From an uncultured Candidatus Rokubacteria bacterium (GTDB taxonomy: Bacteria > Methylomirabilota > Methylomirabilia > Rokubacteriales > CSP1-6): DNA of 64,000 nt. The DNA lies in the NCBI GenBank assembly GCA_963747235.1, contig CAVVEU010000024.1, positions 480,001-544,000 of the forward strand, given 5' to 3'. Under the pieces are notes generated by a model. That model did not search any database. It was not told the origin of the DNA and saw nothing but the letters and a program-made list of their open reading frames with translations. The translations under genes and the position numbers were made by a program. This document shows positions 31,678 to 43,782 of the stretch, one piece after another (position 1 is the first letter of the stretch; each line of letters opens with the position of its first letter).

Positions 31678-32344
31678 AGCGCGAGAGGTCGTCGTCGGAG
31701 ACGAGGTCGGAGACCATCACGCAGAGCATGCTCTGCTGGCGCCACAGGATCAGGCTGAAGCCGTTTTCCTTCTTCACCACGGGTCGCCAGCGATCGATCT
31801 GCACCCGCCCGCGGTCGGTGGGCAGCGTCACGCTGCCGCCCGGCACGATGATGTAGGTCACGGTGTGGCCGGCCACGTCCTGGTAGGTCAGCTCGATGCC
31901 GCGCCGGCCTTCGAGGTACGTGGGCTTGGCGTTGATGAGCTGGATGTCCTCGTCGCCCGTGAAGACCCAGCTCAGCGCGATGCCGCTCTCCTCCATCGCC
32001 CGGGGCAGGGCGGCGGGGACGACGTCGGAGCGCGTCTCGCCCCAGAAGGTGTTGCGCGCGTGCTCGGCGAGCACCGCGCGGGTCACGAGCTGCACCGGAT
32101 CGGCGCCGGGCGCCGAGGGCAGCGAGGGCGCGAGGTAGAGCAGCATGATGAGCGCGGTGGCCACCGCCGAGAACGCGGGCGGCAGCCAGAGCGTCCACCA
32201 GGGCTGCCGCGGGCGGGCGGGCATCAGCGCCTCGACCACCGCGGCGCGCAGGACGGGCGGCGCGGGATGACGCGGCAGCCGCTCGCGCAGCAACCGGCCG
32301 ATCCCGCCGTCGTCCTCTTGCGGTTCCGTGTTCTCGCGCGTCAT
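31622..32344 (-). CDS. Transmembrane anti-sigma factor (putative)
   Basis: Overlaps the ECF sigma stop. Short cytoplasmic part, one TM ('WWTLWLPPAFSAVATALIMLLYLA'), periplasmic domain. Confidence 0.7.
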   Translation of the reverse strand: MTRENTEPQEDDGGIGRLLRERLPRHPAPPVLRAAVVEALMPARPRQPWWTLWLPPAFSAVATALIMLLYLAPSLPSAPGADPVQLVTRAVLAEHARNTFWGETRSDVVPAALPRAMEESGIALSWVFTGDEDIQLINAKPTYLEGRRGIELTYQDVAGHTVTYIIVPGGSVTLPTDRGRVQIDRWRPVVKKENGFSLILWRQQSMLCVMVSDLVSDDDLSRFKQYFVKVRSSTEPYAIY

Positions 32345-32853
32345 GACCCCTGATAATCTTTCAAGTAGCCGCGCAGCCGCTCCTTGGCGCGGAAGATCCG
32401 GGACTTCACGGTGCCCACGGGGCAGTCCATGATGCGCGCCACGTCCTCCAGCGCCAGCCCCTCGACCTCGGCCAGCAGGAGCGGCGTCTTGAACTCCTCG
32501 GGCAGCTTCGCCAGGGCCCGGTCCAGATCCATGTGGGCCCCGGCGCTCTCACCATCCCGCCCGGGGGCGTCGTGGAACATCGGCGCCTCTCCTTCCGGGA
32601 CCCCGTCCTCCGAGATGGCGGACTCCCGCTCCCGGAGCCGGTAGAACGTCAGGAACGTGTTTCTCAATATTTGGAACAACCAGGCCCGCAGATGGGTTCC
32701 CGGCTGGAACCGATGGGAAAACCGCATGGCCCGCACATAGGTCTCCTGGACCAGGTCCTCCGCCTCGGAGCCGTTCCGGGTCAGGTAGACGGCGAGGTTA
32801 TGGAGGGCGTCCAGGTGTTGAAGGGCCTGCTGCCGGAACTCGTCGTCAGCCAC
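32341..32853 (-). CDS. ECF RNA polymerase sigma factor
   Basis: 'AEDLVQETYVRA', 'RAWLFQILRN', region 4 'LAKLPEEFK..LLL..VEGL...DVA.IMDCPVGTVKSRIFRA'. Confidence 0.93.
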   Translation of the reverse strand: MADDEFRQQALQHLDALHNLAVYLTRNGSEAEDLVQETYVRAMRFSHRFQPGTHLRAWLFQILRNTFLTFYRLRERESAISEDGVPEGEAPMFHDAPGRDGESAGAHMDLDRALAKLPEEFKTPLLLAEVEGLALEDVARIMDCPVGTVKSRIFRAKERLRGYLKDYQGS

Positions 32854-32859
32854 GTGACA

Positions 32860-33408
32860 TCAGCCGTCGAACCACCGGCGCGGCAGGTCGGACTCCCGCA
32901 CCTCGTGCTCGTCCTCCAGCAGGTCCAGCAGCTCCTGGATGGTCTGGTAGAGGACCGGGTGCTCCAGGTCCGGGGCGAGGTCGGCCAGGGGCCGCAGCAC
33001 GAACCGGCGCTCGTGCATGAGCAGATGGGGGATGTGCAGGTGCTCGGGCCCGCTGATCACGCGATCGTCGTAGAGCAGGATGTCGATGTCGAGCGGCCGG
33101 GGCTCGTAGCGCTGCGCCTCCGGCGTGCCCCCGCGCCGCTCGCGGCCCAGGGCGTCCTCGACCGCCTGCAGCCGCGCGAGCAGGGTGGCGGGCGGCAGCT
33201 CGGTCTCGATCACGACCGCGCAGTTGAAGAACCAGCCGGCGTCCTCGTCGGGCTTCCCGGGCGGGCGCTCCCAGGGCTCGGTGCGGTAGAGCGGCGAGGC
33301 GTCCAGGAACCGCAGATCCTGCATGGCGCGAAGCTGCTCCACGGCGCGGCGCAGGCAATCCAGCCGGTCGCCCAGGTTCGACCCCACCGAGAGGAACACC
33401 CGCGCCAT
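32860..33408 (-). CDS. folK: 2-amino-4-hydroxy-6-hydroxymethyldihydropteridine diphosphokinase
   Basis: 'FLSVGSNLGDR', 'FFNCAV', 'PRPLDIDILLY', 'IPH..MHERRFVL.PL'. Confidence 0.93.
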   Translation of the reverse strand: MARVFLSVGSNLGDRLDCLRRAVEQLRAMQDLRFLDASPLYRTEPWERPPGKPDEDAGWFFNCAVVIETELPPATLLARLQAVEDALGRERRGGTPEAQRYEPRPLDIDILLYDDRVISGPEHLHIPHLLMHERRFVLRPLADLAPDLEHPVLYQTIQELLDLLEDEHEVRESDLPRRWFDG

Positions 33409-33417
33409 GTGATCGCT

Positions 33418-33783
33418 CTACCGTCTCCGTCGAGTCAGCTCGACGCCGGGGATGCCCTGCAACCCTTCCATCGGGGGCGTGAGCTTGCGCACCCGCACCC
33501 GGACTTCGTCGCAGGGAAACTCCGCCAGCAGCATCTGGGCCAGCCGTCCCGCCAGCCGCTCCAGGAGATTGACCCGCTCCTTGGTGGACACCTCCACGAT
33601 GCGCGCCGCGATCAGCCCGTAGTCCACCGTGGACCGCAGATCGTCCGAGGCCGCCGCCGCCGCGAGGTCGAGCATGAGCTCGGCGTCCACCGCGAACCAC
33701 GCGCCGACCGTCTGCTGGGCCTTCGTGACCCCGTGGTGCCCGTAGAAGCGGACGTCCTCCAGGAAGATTTTATCAGAGCTCAG
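33418..33783 (-). CDS. folB: Dihydroneopterin aldolase (apparent CTG start overlapping dapL stop)
   Basis: 'DKIFLEDVRFYGHHGV', 'SDDLRSTVDYG', 'NLLERLA', 'VRVRKL.PP'. Confidence 0.9.
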   Translation of the reverse strand: MSSDKIFLEDVRFYGHHGVTKAQQTVGAWFAVDAELMLDLAAAAASDDLRSTVDYGLIAARIVEVSTKERVNLLERLAGRLAQMLLAEFPCDEVRVRVRKLTPPMEGLQGIPGVELTRRRR

Positions 33784-34975
33784 AGCTTGAGCCCCCGGAG
33801 GCGGTCCATCGCCTCCTGCAGGCGCTTGGCGTCGATGGTGAGCGCGATCCGGTAGAAGCCTTCCCCGGAGGGGCCGAAGCCGACCCCGGGGGTGATCACG
33901 CAGCCGACCTCGTTGAGCATGCGCGCCGCGAAGGTGCGCGAATCGAGGCCGCCGGGGACGGGGGCCCAGACGAAGAAGGCGGCCCTGGGCACGTCCACCT
34001 CCCACCCGAGCCGCTTGAGGCCCGCCACCACCACGTCGCGCCGCTCCTGATACGTGCGGCGATACTGCTCCGAGAGGTCTTGCGGCCCGGTGAGCGCGGC
34101 GATGCCCGCTTCCTGCACCGCCTGGAAGACGCCCGAGTCCACGTTGGTCTTGATCTTGCCGAGGCCGGCGATCGCCCCCGCGTTGCCGGAGCAGAAGCCG
34201 ATCCGCCAGCCGGTCATCGAGTAGGTCTTGGACAGCGAATGGAACTCGACGCCGATCTCCATCGCGCCCGGCGTCTCGAGGAAGGAGGGCGGGCGGTAGT
34301 CGTCGAAGCGCAGCTCCGAGTACATCGCGTCGTGGCAGACGATGATCTGGTGCCGCCGCGCGAAGTCGACGACGCGGGCGAAGAACTCCGGTGTCGCCAC
34401 CGCCGCGGTGGGGTTGTTCGGGTAGTTCAGGTACATGAGCTTGGCGCGCTTCGCCACGTCCGCCGGGATGGCGTCGAGATCCGGCAGGAAGCCGTTGGCG
34501 CGGCGCAGCGGCATGAAGTGCACCTCGCCGTCCGCGAACCACGTGCCCGCCGCGTAGACCGGGTAGCCCGGGTCCGGCACCAGCACCACGTCGCCCGGGT
34601 TCACGAAGGCGAGCGGCATGTGGGCGGTGCCCTCCTTCGACCCGATGAGGGTGAGCACCTCGGTCCGCGGATCGAGCGTGACGCCGAAGCGCCCGCGATA
34701 CCAGTTGGCCACCGCGGTGCGGAAGCTCAGCAGGCCCTCGTAGTCGGGATAGCGGTGATTCGCCGGGGTCTCGGCCGAGCGCTTGAGCGCCTCGATGATG
34801 TGGGGCGGCGTCGGCAGGTCCGGATCGCCGATGCCCATGTCGATGAGATCGACGCCGCGGGCGCGGGCCTCGCGCTTGTTCTTGTCGATCTCCGCGAAGA
34901 GGTACGGGGGCAGCTTGGCCAGGCGGGAGGCCAGCGGGATGGGGGAGGGGGTAAGAGGGGAGGGAATAAGAGTGC

Positions 34976-34979
<4 letters not shown>
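33780..34979 (-). CDS. dapL: LL-diaminopimelate aminotransferase (DapL-type class I aminotransferase)
   Basis: 'RLAKLPPYLFAEID', 'IDMGIGDPDLPTP', 'LIGSKEG', 'NYPNNPT', 'EFHSLSKTYSMTGWRIG'. Sits in the dapA-dapB operon. Confidence 0.8.
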
Positions 34980-36550
<1,571 letters not shown>

Positions 36551-36563
36551 GACGAGCGGAGGA

Positions 36564-37460
36564 TCAGCCCTTGACGAGGCCGAGCGAGGCCAGGACCGCC
36601 CGGAGCCGCGGCCGGTTCGCCTCGCCCATCCGGCACATGGGCAGCCGGAACTCCGGCTCGGCCAGCTTGCCCATCATGGCCAGCGCTTCCTTGACCGGGA
36701 TCGGGTTGGTCTCGATGAACATCGCGCGCGACAGCGGGAAGAGCTTGAGGTGCAGCTCGCGCGCCTGCTTCCAGTCGCCCGCCAGCGCGGCGTGCGTCAT
36801 CTCGGCGGTCTCCCGCGGCACCAGGTTGGCGATGACCGAGATCACCCCGCGGCCGCCGACCGACATGAGGGGCAGGGTGATGTTGTCGTCGCCGGAGAGG
36901 ACCGAGAAGTCGGGACCGCACGCCAGGATCACCTGGGTCATCTGGTCGAGGGAGCCCGAGGCCTCCTTGACGCCCACGACGTTCGGGCAGTCCCGTGACG
37001 ATGCGGGCCAGGGTGTCCGTCTCCACGTTGACCGCGGTGCGGCCCGCGATGTTGTAGACGAGGATCGGGATGTCCACCGCGTCCGCGACCGCGCGGAAGT
37101 GCCGGTAGAGGCCTTCCTGGGTGGGCTTGTTGTAGTAGGGATTGACCACCAGCGCGCCGGTGGCCCCCGCCTTCTTGGCGTGGGCGGTGAGGTCGATCGC
37201 CTCGGAGGTGGAGTTGGAGCCGGTGCCCGCGATGACGCGCGACCCGCCCGCGGGCGGTCTCGATGACCAGCTCCACCACGCGCTTGTGCTCGTCGTGGCT
37301 CAGGGTGGGCGACTCGCCCGGTGGTGCCGCAGGGCACGATGCCGTCCGTGCCGCTGGCCACGTGCCACTCGACCAGCTCCCGGAGCTTGGCCTCGTCCAC
37401 CTTGCCGCCGCGGAACGGGGTCACGAGGGCGACGATCGATCCCTGGAATGTCGCGCGCAT
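36564..37460 (-). CDS. dapA: 4-hydroxy-tetrahydrodipicolinate synthase (indels ~37000-37320)
   Basis: '[10 protein letters not shown]', 'PCGTTG', '[15 protein letters not shown]', 'VYNIAGRT', 'GVKEASG', '[10 protein letters not shown]'. Confidence 0.93.
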   Translation of the reverse strand: MRATFQGSIVALVTPFRGGKVDEAKLRELVEWHVASGTDGIVPCGTTGRVAHPEPRRAQARGGAGHRDRPRAGRASSRAPAPTPPPRRSTSPPTPRRRGPPARWWSIPTTTSPPRKASTGTSARSRTRWTSRSSSTTSRAAPRSTWRRTPWPASSRDCPNVVGVKEASGSLDQMTQVILACGPDFSVLSGDDNITLPLMSVGGRGVISVIANLVPRETAEMTHAALAGDWKQARELHLKLFPLSRAMFIETNPIPVKEALAMMGKLAEPEFRLPMCRMGEANRPRLRAVLASLGLVKG

Positions 37461-37509
37461 GGTTGAGTCCCTCCGTTGCTCACTGCGATGTGGGACGAAG
37501 AGTTGTCTG

Positions 37510-37539
37510 ACTCTAACACCAGAGCCGGAAGCACTTCAA
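37510..37539 (-). promoter_or_regulatory. Putative sigma70 promoter of the dapA operon (TTGAAG-N18-TAGAGT, with TG extension)
   Basis: Read on the minus strand of the dapA/lysA intergenic region. Confidence 0.45.
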
Positions 37540-37557
37540 GCGGCAGCCGTGATGCGG

Positions 37558-37563
37558 TAGACT
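37558..37563 (+). promoter_or_regulatory. -10 (TAGACT) 7 nt before lysA ATG; leaderless-type
   Basis: TANNNT at leaderless spacing, no SD. Confidence 0.5.
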
Positions 37564-37570
37564 CCAGCGG

Positions 37571-38832
37571 ATGGAAAGCCCCCGAGCCGACGGCCGCACC
37601 GCTCACGTCACCGCCGACGTCGCCGCCGAGGTGCGCCGCCGCTTCGGCACGCCCTGCTACGTCTACGATCACGCCGCGCTCGAGACGGCGGCGCGGCAGG
37701 CGCTGGCCTTCCCGGCGCCGTTCGGCCTCACCGTGCGCTACGCGATGAAGGCCAACCCGAGCCGCGGCATCCTCGCGCTGTTCCGCGAGCTGGGCCTGCA
37801 CGTGGACGCCTCGAGCGACTTCGAGGTGGAGCGGGCGCTGCGGGCGGGCTTCGCGGCCGAGCGCATCCAGCTCACCTCGCAGATGCCCTCGCGCGCGCTC
37901 GAGCGGCACCTCGCGCGCGGCATGCTCTTCAACGCCTGCTCGCTGCACCAGCTCGAGGAGTTCGGGCGGCGTCGCGCCGGGCCGGGAGCTCTCCGTGCGG
38001 GTGAACCCGGGGCTCGGCACCGGCTCCACCAAGCGCACCAATACCGGCGGGCCCGCCTCGAGCTTCGGGATCTGGCACGAGGCGCTGGGCGAGATCCTGG
38101 CGCATCGCCAAGCGGTACGACCTGCGCATCCGCCGGCTGCACTCGCACGTCGGCTCCGGCACGGATCCGGAGGTGTGGAAGCGCTGCGCGCGGATGACCC
38201 TCGACCTGGCCGCCCAGCTCCCCGAGGTGGCGAGCATCAACCTGGGGGGCGGCTTCAAGGTCGGCCGCATGCCCGAGGAGCCGTCGGTGGACATGGCCGA
38301 CGTGGGCGCGCACGTGCGGCGCGAGATCGAGGGGTTCCACGACCGCTCGGGCCGGGGCCTCCACCTCGAGATCGAGCCCGGCACCTTCCTCGTCGCCAAC
38401 GCGGGCGTGATCGTCGCCTCCTGCGTGGACGTGGTGGACACCGGCGCGGAGGGCTACTGCTTCGCCAAGCTCGACGCGGGCATGCCCGAGATCACGCGGC
38501 CCTCGCTCTACGGCGCCCAGCACCCGATCGACGTGCTGGCCGCCGGGCGCGAGCAGAAGGCGGTGGTCTTCGTGGGCCCGTGCTGCGAGTCGGGGGACAT
38601 CCTCACGCCGGCCCCCGGCGATCCCGAGGCGCTCGCGCCCCGCTGGGTGGCGACCCCGCGGATCGGGGACCTGGTGGTGATCGGCGGCGCGGGCGCCTAC
38701 TGCGCGGGCATGGCCACGATCAACTACAACTCCTACCCGCAGGCGCCCGAGGTCATGCTCGGCCGCGACGGCGCGCTCACGCTGCTACGCCGACGCCAGA
38801 CGCCAGAGCAGGTCTGGCAAAACGAGTTCTAG
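37571..38832 (+). CDS. lysA: Diaminopimelate decarboxylase (indels ~37970 and ~38105)
   Basis: 'FGTPCYVYD', 'YAMKANP' (PLP Lys), 'HSHVGSG', 'NLGGGF', 'IEPG', 'RPSLYGA', 'GPCCESGD', 'AGAY...NYNS'. Confidence 0.9.
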
Positions 38833-39909
38833 GGGACGCGGACGGAGATTTCGTTGGAGCGCGCGCTCTCGTTGGGGCGGCGCGCCCGGTCGAACGCGGT
38901 GACCGCGTAGCGGTAGGTCGCGCCCGGCCGCACGTCGCGGTCCAGGTAGACGGTGGCGACCGCCATCGTCGTCGCGATGCGCATGAAGTCGCCCGTCTCG
39001 CCCGCCCGGTAGATCGCGTAGAGCGCCACGTCCGGCGAGCCGCTCGCGTTCCAGGCCAGTCGCACCGCGCCCGGCGACGGCACCGCGAGCAGGTTGGCGG
39101 GCGCGGCGGGCGGCGTGGTGTCGGCCGCCGCGACGACCACCGCCGCCGAGGTCTCGCCGGTGGCGGTGACCGCCGGATCCACGCGCACCGCGCGCACCGC
39201 GTAGCGATAGTCGGTGTCGTTGTCCACGCCCTCGTCGGTGAACGTGGTGCCGTCCACCGGCTTCGGCGTGATCGCGCTGAGCGCGCCCTCCGCGCCCGCG
39301 CCCCGCAGCACGACGTAGCGCAGATCGCCGGGAGCGGGCGAGCCGTCCACCATCTCGGCGGGCGGCTGCCAGGTCAGGCGGATGCGGCGGTCGCCCGGCG
39401 CGGCGCTGAGCGCGCGCGGCGCCTTCGGGGCGGCCAGGTAGGGGATCACGAGGCGCTCGGAGGGCCCGCTGCTCCGCCCGAGCGCGTCCTCGGCGGTGAC
39501 CACGTAGACGTAGCGGCGGCCGACCGCGAGCGCGCGCCGGTCCACCCACGTGACCGTGGAGCCCTGCCACGGTCGCGGGCGCGGGGCTCTCGGGCCGGAT
39601 CGTCGCGATCTCGTCGTAGCCCACCACGCGGCCCGACGAGAGCATCGCGGACTTGGGCTCGCCGCCGTCGGCTTCTTCCCGCCGATACAGCTTGTACAGG
39701 GCGATCGCGCGCAGGCGCGTGCCGTCCACGCGGGTGCCGGGGGCGGTCCAGCCCACCACGACGCTCTGCTCGTCGACCGCGCCGTGCAGGCCGCTGGGGC
39801 CCGCGGGCACGCGCAGCTCGGGCGCCACCGGCGGTCCCTTCTTGCCGCAGGCGACCAGCGCGCTCGCGGCCAGGAGGAGCAGCAGCGCGCCCCGCGCGGC
39901 CGCCCTCAC
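38829..39909 (-). CDS. Lipoprotein with LptM/YifL-like 'CGKKGPP' N-terminus and fibronectin type III repeats (indel ~39565)
   Basis: Lipobox 'LVAC'. Three FN3-like units ('YVYVVTAED', 'YRYAVRAV', 'YRYAVTAFD...NESARSNE'). Confidence 0.8.
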
Positions 39910-41318
39910 GCGCCCGGCCCTGCCCGCGAGCAGCGCCTTCGCCTGCGCGAGCTGCCGCGCGGACCGCGTCCGGCGCGGTGCCGCCGATCACCGCGCGGGC
40001 GCGCAGCGAGGCCTCCACGGTGAGCGCCGGGTAGACGTCGCGCCCGATCAGCGGGGAGAACTGGCGCAGCTCCTCGAGCGGCAGCTCGCCCAGCTCCACG
40101 CCGCGCGTGATGGCGTGGCGCACCGCCCGGCCCACCACCTCGTGCGCGTCGCGGAAGGGCAGGCCCTGGCGGACGAGATAGTCCGCGAGATCGGTGGCGG
40201 TCGAGTAGTGCGCGCCCGCCGCATCCCGCATGCGGTCGATCCGGAAGGTCAGCGAGCCGAGCATCGGGGGCAGCACGCGGAAGATCGCCTCGAGCGTGTC
40301 CACCGTGTCGAAGAGCGGCTCCTTGTCCTCCTGCATGTCGGAGTTGTAGGTGAGGGGGAGCCCCTTCATGACGGTCAGCGCGGCGGTGAGGTTGCCGTAG
40401 AGCCGGCCGGTCTTGCCCCGGATCAGCTCGGCCACGTCGGGGTTCTTCTTCTGCGGCATGATCGACGACCCGGTCGCGAAGGCGTCCGAGAACTCCACGA
40501 AGCCGAACTCGGACGTGGCCCACAGGGTGAGATCCGCGGCGAGCCGCGAGCAGTGCATGCCGAGGATCGCGGCGTGGGCGAGGAACTCCACCACGAAGTC
40601 GCGATCGGCCACCGCGTCCATGCTGTTGGGGCTGGGCGCGGTGAAGCCCGAGATCGCGCGCGAGCGCCTCGCGGTCGATGGCGAAGGCGGCGCCCGCGAG
40701 GGCGGCGGCGCCCAGCGGCATCACGTTGACGCGCGCGCGCCCGTCGCGGAAGCGCGCGCGATCGCGCTCGAGCATGAAGACGTAGGCGAGCAGGTGGTGG
40801 GCCAGCAGCACCGGCTGGGCGCGCTGCAGGTGCGTGTAGCCGGGCATCGGCGCCTCGCCGTGCTGCTCGGCCTGGGCGATGAGCGCGCGCTCCACGTCCA
40901 CCAGTCCCGCGTCCACGTGGTCGAGGATGTCCCGGAGATAGAGCCGCTCGTCCAGCGCGATCTGATCGTTGCGGGAGCGGCCGGTGTGGAGCTTGCCGCC
41001 CACCGGCCCCGCCAGCTCGATGAGGCGGCGCTCCACGTTCATGTGGATGTCCTCGAGCTCGCGCCGGAACGGGAAGGTGCCGCCCTCGAGCTCGCGGCGG
41101 ACCCCGTCGAGGCCCGCCAGCAGGCTCTCGAGCTCCGCCTCGGTGATCAGCTTCGCCCGCGCGAGCGCGCGCGCCCACGCCGCGCTTCCGGTCAGATCGT
41201 AGGGCCAGAGCCGCCGGTCGAAGGCCAGGGACGCGGTGAAGGCTTCGGCGGTCGGATCGGCCCCGGCGGCGAAGCGCCCGGACCAGGCCTTGCCCGGGGG
41301 CGTACCGGCGGCGGTCAC
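39906..41318 (-). CDS. argH: Argininosuccinate lyase (indels ~40650, ~39960)
   Basis: 'WSGRF', 'EDIHMNVE', '[11 protein letters not shown]', '[12 protein letters not shown]', '[13 protein letters not shown]', '[10 protein letters not shown]'. Confidence 0.95.
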   Translation of the reverse strand: MTAAGTPPGKAWSGRFAAGADPTAEAFTASLAFDRRLWPYDLTGSAAWARALARAKLITEAELESLLAGLDGVRRELEGGTFPFRRELEDIHMNVERRLIELAGPVGGKLHTGRSRNDQIALDERLYLRDILDHVDAGLVDVERALIAQAEQHGEAPMPGYTHLQRAQPVLLAHHLLAYVFMLERDRARFRDGRARVNVMPLGAAALAGAAFAIDREALARDLGLHRAQPQQHGRGGRSRLRGGVPRPRRDPRHALLAARRGSHPVGHVRVRLRGVLGRLRDRVVDHAAEEEPRRGRADPGQDRPALRQPHRRADRHEGAPPHLQLRHAGGQGAALRHGGHARGDLPRAAPDARLADLPDRPHAGCGGRALLDRHRSRGLSRPPGPALPRRARGGGPGGAPRHHARRGAGRAAARGAAPVLPADRARRLPGAHRGGLAARPRGDRRHRAGRGPRGSSRRRRRCSRAGPGA

Positions 41319-42058
41319 GAGGCGCCCGCGCGGCCGGCGGCCGCCGCGGGAACGGGCGGCACGCGCAGGAGCGCGGCGATCTCGGCCATGATGCGACGGG
41401 TGGCGTCGTCCCGCTCGGTCCGCGCGATGGGCCCGCGGCGCGCCCGGCCGAAGTGGATCGGCTCCCCGAACCGCACCGCGAGCGGCCGGCGCCGCGGCAG
41501 GTAGAAGCGCCGCCCGCGGAGCGCCTCGTAGGTGCCCTCGATGGCGGCGGGCACCACCGGCACGCCCGCGCGGAGCGCGACCATCGCCGTCCCGGGCCGG
41601 CCGCGCACGAGCCGGCCTTCCTGGCTGAACGGGCCCTCGGGGAAGATGCCCACCACGCGGCCGGCCTCGAGCACCTGCAGCACGCGCTTGATGGCGCCGG
41701 GATCCGGCCGCTCGAGCGCCACCGGGATCGAGCCGATGCGCCGGTGAAACGGCGGATGCAGCGGCGTCGCCCGGAACACGCGCGGCATCACGAGGAACGA
41801 GATCGGCCGCGGCACCGCGACGCCCAGCACGAACCCGTCCAGGTAGTTGTGATGGTTCGAGGCCAGGATGAAGGGGCCGGCCAGCGGTAGCCGCTCCATT
41901 CCCTCGACGCGCAGGTCGAACAATCCCCGCAGCAGCACTCCCGCCACGTCGCGGAACACCCGGTAGACCGGGGGAAACGCCTCCACGGGCACACGGCGCG
42001 ACGCCGCGGACGCGGTCGGCCGCAACACGGACAGGGTAGGGGAGTCTTCGCCCGGCAC
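41315..42058 (-). CDS. plsC: 1-acyl-sn-glycerol-3-phosphate acyltransferase (PlsC family)
   Basis: 'ASNHHNYLD' (HX4D), 'IFPEG', 'VPVVP'. GTG at 42058 lies 6 nt after an extended -10. Confidence 0.85.
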   Translation of the reverse strand: MPGEDSPTLSVLRPTASAASRRVPVEAFPPVYRVFRDVAGVLLRGLFDLRVEGMERLPLAGPFILASNHHNYLDGFVLGVAVPRPISFLVMPRVFRATPLHPPFHRRIGSIPVALERPDPGAIKRVLQVLEAGRVVGIFPEGPFSQEGRLVRGRPGTAMVALRAGVPVVPAAIEGTYEALRGRRFYLPRRRPLAVRFGEPIHFGRARRGPIARTERDDATRRIMAEIAALLRVPPVPAAAAGRAGAS

Positions 42059-42064
42059 GGGGGG

Positions 42065-42073
42065 AGGATAGCA
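42065..42073 (-). promoter_or_regulatory. Extended -10 (TGcTATCCT) 6 nt before in-frame GTG of plsC; leaderless-type
   Basis: Minus-strand read; the GTG is in frame with plsC. Confidence 0.5.
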
Positions 42074-42204
42074 CGACGCCGAACCGGTAGAAGGGGGGTC
42101 CGGTAGTGGTCCCTCTGTCCGGTCCTGGACAGACTCGGTGGGCTGAGAGGTGATCTGATCAGAGCCATGAAGGATCTGATCGAGCACCTCGAGGCCCTCT
42201 GCCC

Positions 42205-42567
42205 ATGACGAGACCCGACCGGCCCGTCCAGGTTCCCCTCCTTCACGTGACGCTGGCCGAGCAGCTGGAACGGCTCCGGCAGGAGCCCACGTGGCGCTCG
42301 AAGGGACACAATGCGATCACCTTGACCAAGGCGCCCGGGCTTCGCCTGGTCCTGATGCTATTCGCGAAAGGGGCCAAGCTCGCCGAGCATCGGGCCGCCG
42401 GGCCCCTGACCTTCCACGTCCTGAGTGGCTCGGTGACTTTTCGGACCGGCGCCCGCGCGGAAACGGTCCGGTCCGGAGAGGTTGTCGTGCTCGAGGCAGC
42501 GATCGTGCACGACGTGGAGGCTCTGGAGGAGAGCGCCTGCTTGCTGACCCTCGCGGGCGCTGCCTAG
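42205..42567 (+). CDS. Cupin domain protein
   Basis: 'LRLVLMLFAKGAKLAEH.A.GPLTFHVLSG.V.F', 'HDVEALEES'. Confidence 0.85.
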   Translation: MTRPDRPVQVPLLHVTLAEQLERLRQEPTWRSKGHNAITLTKAPGLRLVLMLFAKGAKLAEHRAAGPLTFHVLSGSVTFRTGARAETVRSGEVVVLEAAIVHDVEALEESACLLTLAGAA

Positions 42568-42592
42568 TAGGAGGACGCGAGGAGCGGGCGAG

Positions 42593-43648
42593 CTAGCGCG
42601 CGCGCGCGAGGCGGTACCGCGCCACCGCCGCGTTGTGATCCGCCAGGTTGGTGGAGAACGTGTGGAACCGCTCGTCCAGCGACACGAAGTAGAGGTAGTT
42701 CACGCGCGCCGGCCGCACCGCCGCCGCGATGGCCGCGCGCCCCGGGCTCGCGATGGGGCCGGGCGGAAGACCCTGGCGGCGATACGTGTTGTAGGGTGAG
42801 TCCACCTGGAGATCCTCGCGGGTGAGCCGCCGGCGGTCCTTGCCCACCGCGTACTGCACGGTGGGATCCGCCTGCAGCGGCATGTCGCGCCGGATCCGGT
42901 TCCAGAACACCGCGGAGATGAGCGGCATCTCGCTCGATTCGACGGCTTCCTTTTCGATGATGGAGGCGAGCGTGAGCACCTGGTGCAGGCTCACGTCGCG
43001 GCCGCGCGCTTCCACGAGCAGCTCGGGCGAGATCTTCTCGCGCATCCGCGCCACCATGCGGGCCAGGACCTCCTCGGGGGTCATGCCCTTCACGAACTGA
43101 TAGGTGTCCGGGAAGAGGTAGCCTTCCACCGAGTCGGCCTGGATGTCGAGGTTCTTCAGGAAGACGGGGTCCTTGCCGACCCGGAGGATGTCTTCGGCCG
43201 AGACCAGCCGCTCGGTCTGGAGCAGCCGCGCCAGCTCGGCCAGGGTGCTGCCCTCCGGGAAGACCACCATGTGCTGGAGGACCTGGCCGCCCGCGATCTG
43301 CTCGAGCACCCGCACCGTGTTCGAGCCCGCGGGGATCTGGTACTCGCCGGCCTTGAGGCTGCGGAAGCTGCCCCGGGCCAGGGCCAGGAGGACGAAGCCG
43401 ACCCGGCTCCGGATGACCCCCGCTTCGTCCAGGATCTCGGCCACTTCGATGACGCCCTTGTGGGCCGGGAGCTCCACGACCCGGGCCGAGGCCCGCAGCG
43501 GCGCCGGGACGCTGAGGATCCACCAGCCTTCGAGCAGCAGGGAGAGGAGGGCCACGACCACCACGAAGCCCACGGCGGCCCGCCAGGTCGGCCCGGGGCG
43601 TCCAGGCCCAACCCCCCATGTCGGAAGCGATCGGGGACGTTCCATCAT
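42593..43648 (-). CDS. mltG: Endolytic transglycosylase MltG (YceG)
   Basis: N-terminal TM, 'LKAGEY', 'EGYLFPDTY', 'LASIIEKE', 'LQADPTVQY', 'SPYNTY...GLPPGPIASPG'. Confidence 0.95.
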   Translation of the reverse strand: MMERPRSLPTWGVGPGRPGPTWRAAVGFVVVVALLSLLLEGWWILSVPAPLRASARVVELPAHKGVIEVAEILDEAGVIRSRVGFVLLALARGSFRSLKAGEYQIPAGSNTVRVLEQIAGGQVLQHMVVFPEGSTLAELARLLQTERLVSAEDILRVGKDPVFLKNLDIQADSVEGYLFPDTYQFVKGMTPEEVLARMVARMREKISPELLVEARGRDVSLHQVLTLASIIEKEAVESSEMPLISAVFWNRIRRDMPLQADPTVQYAVGKDRRRLTREDLQVDSPYNTYRRQGLPPGPIASPGRAAIAAAVRPARVNYLYFVSLDERFHTFSTNLADHNAAVARYRLARAR

Positions 43649-43727
43649 GGTGAGCCTTCATTCTGGCCGGACTGGGATTCTCAGTCAAACCGGGGGAGTG
43701 GGGAAGGCTGGCGGTCCCGGGGGTTGC

Positions 43728-43736
43728 TGGTATAAT
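43728..43736 (+). promoter_or_regulatory. Consensus extended -10 (TGgTATAAT) for the stand-alone rpoA gene
   Basis: Exact TGnTATAAT; strong SD GAGGAGG just before ATG 43783. Confidence 0.7.
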
Positions 43737-43782
43737 GACCGGCCTGGGGCGACCCGCCCCAGAACTCTGAGGAGGGAAACCC

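Noticed and set aside
37461-37570. Lysine riboswitch between dapA and lysA, or before lysC
   Set aside because: Predicted leaders are about 0-45 nt, far shorter than a lysine riboswitch, and no conserved core is visible.
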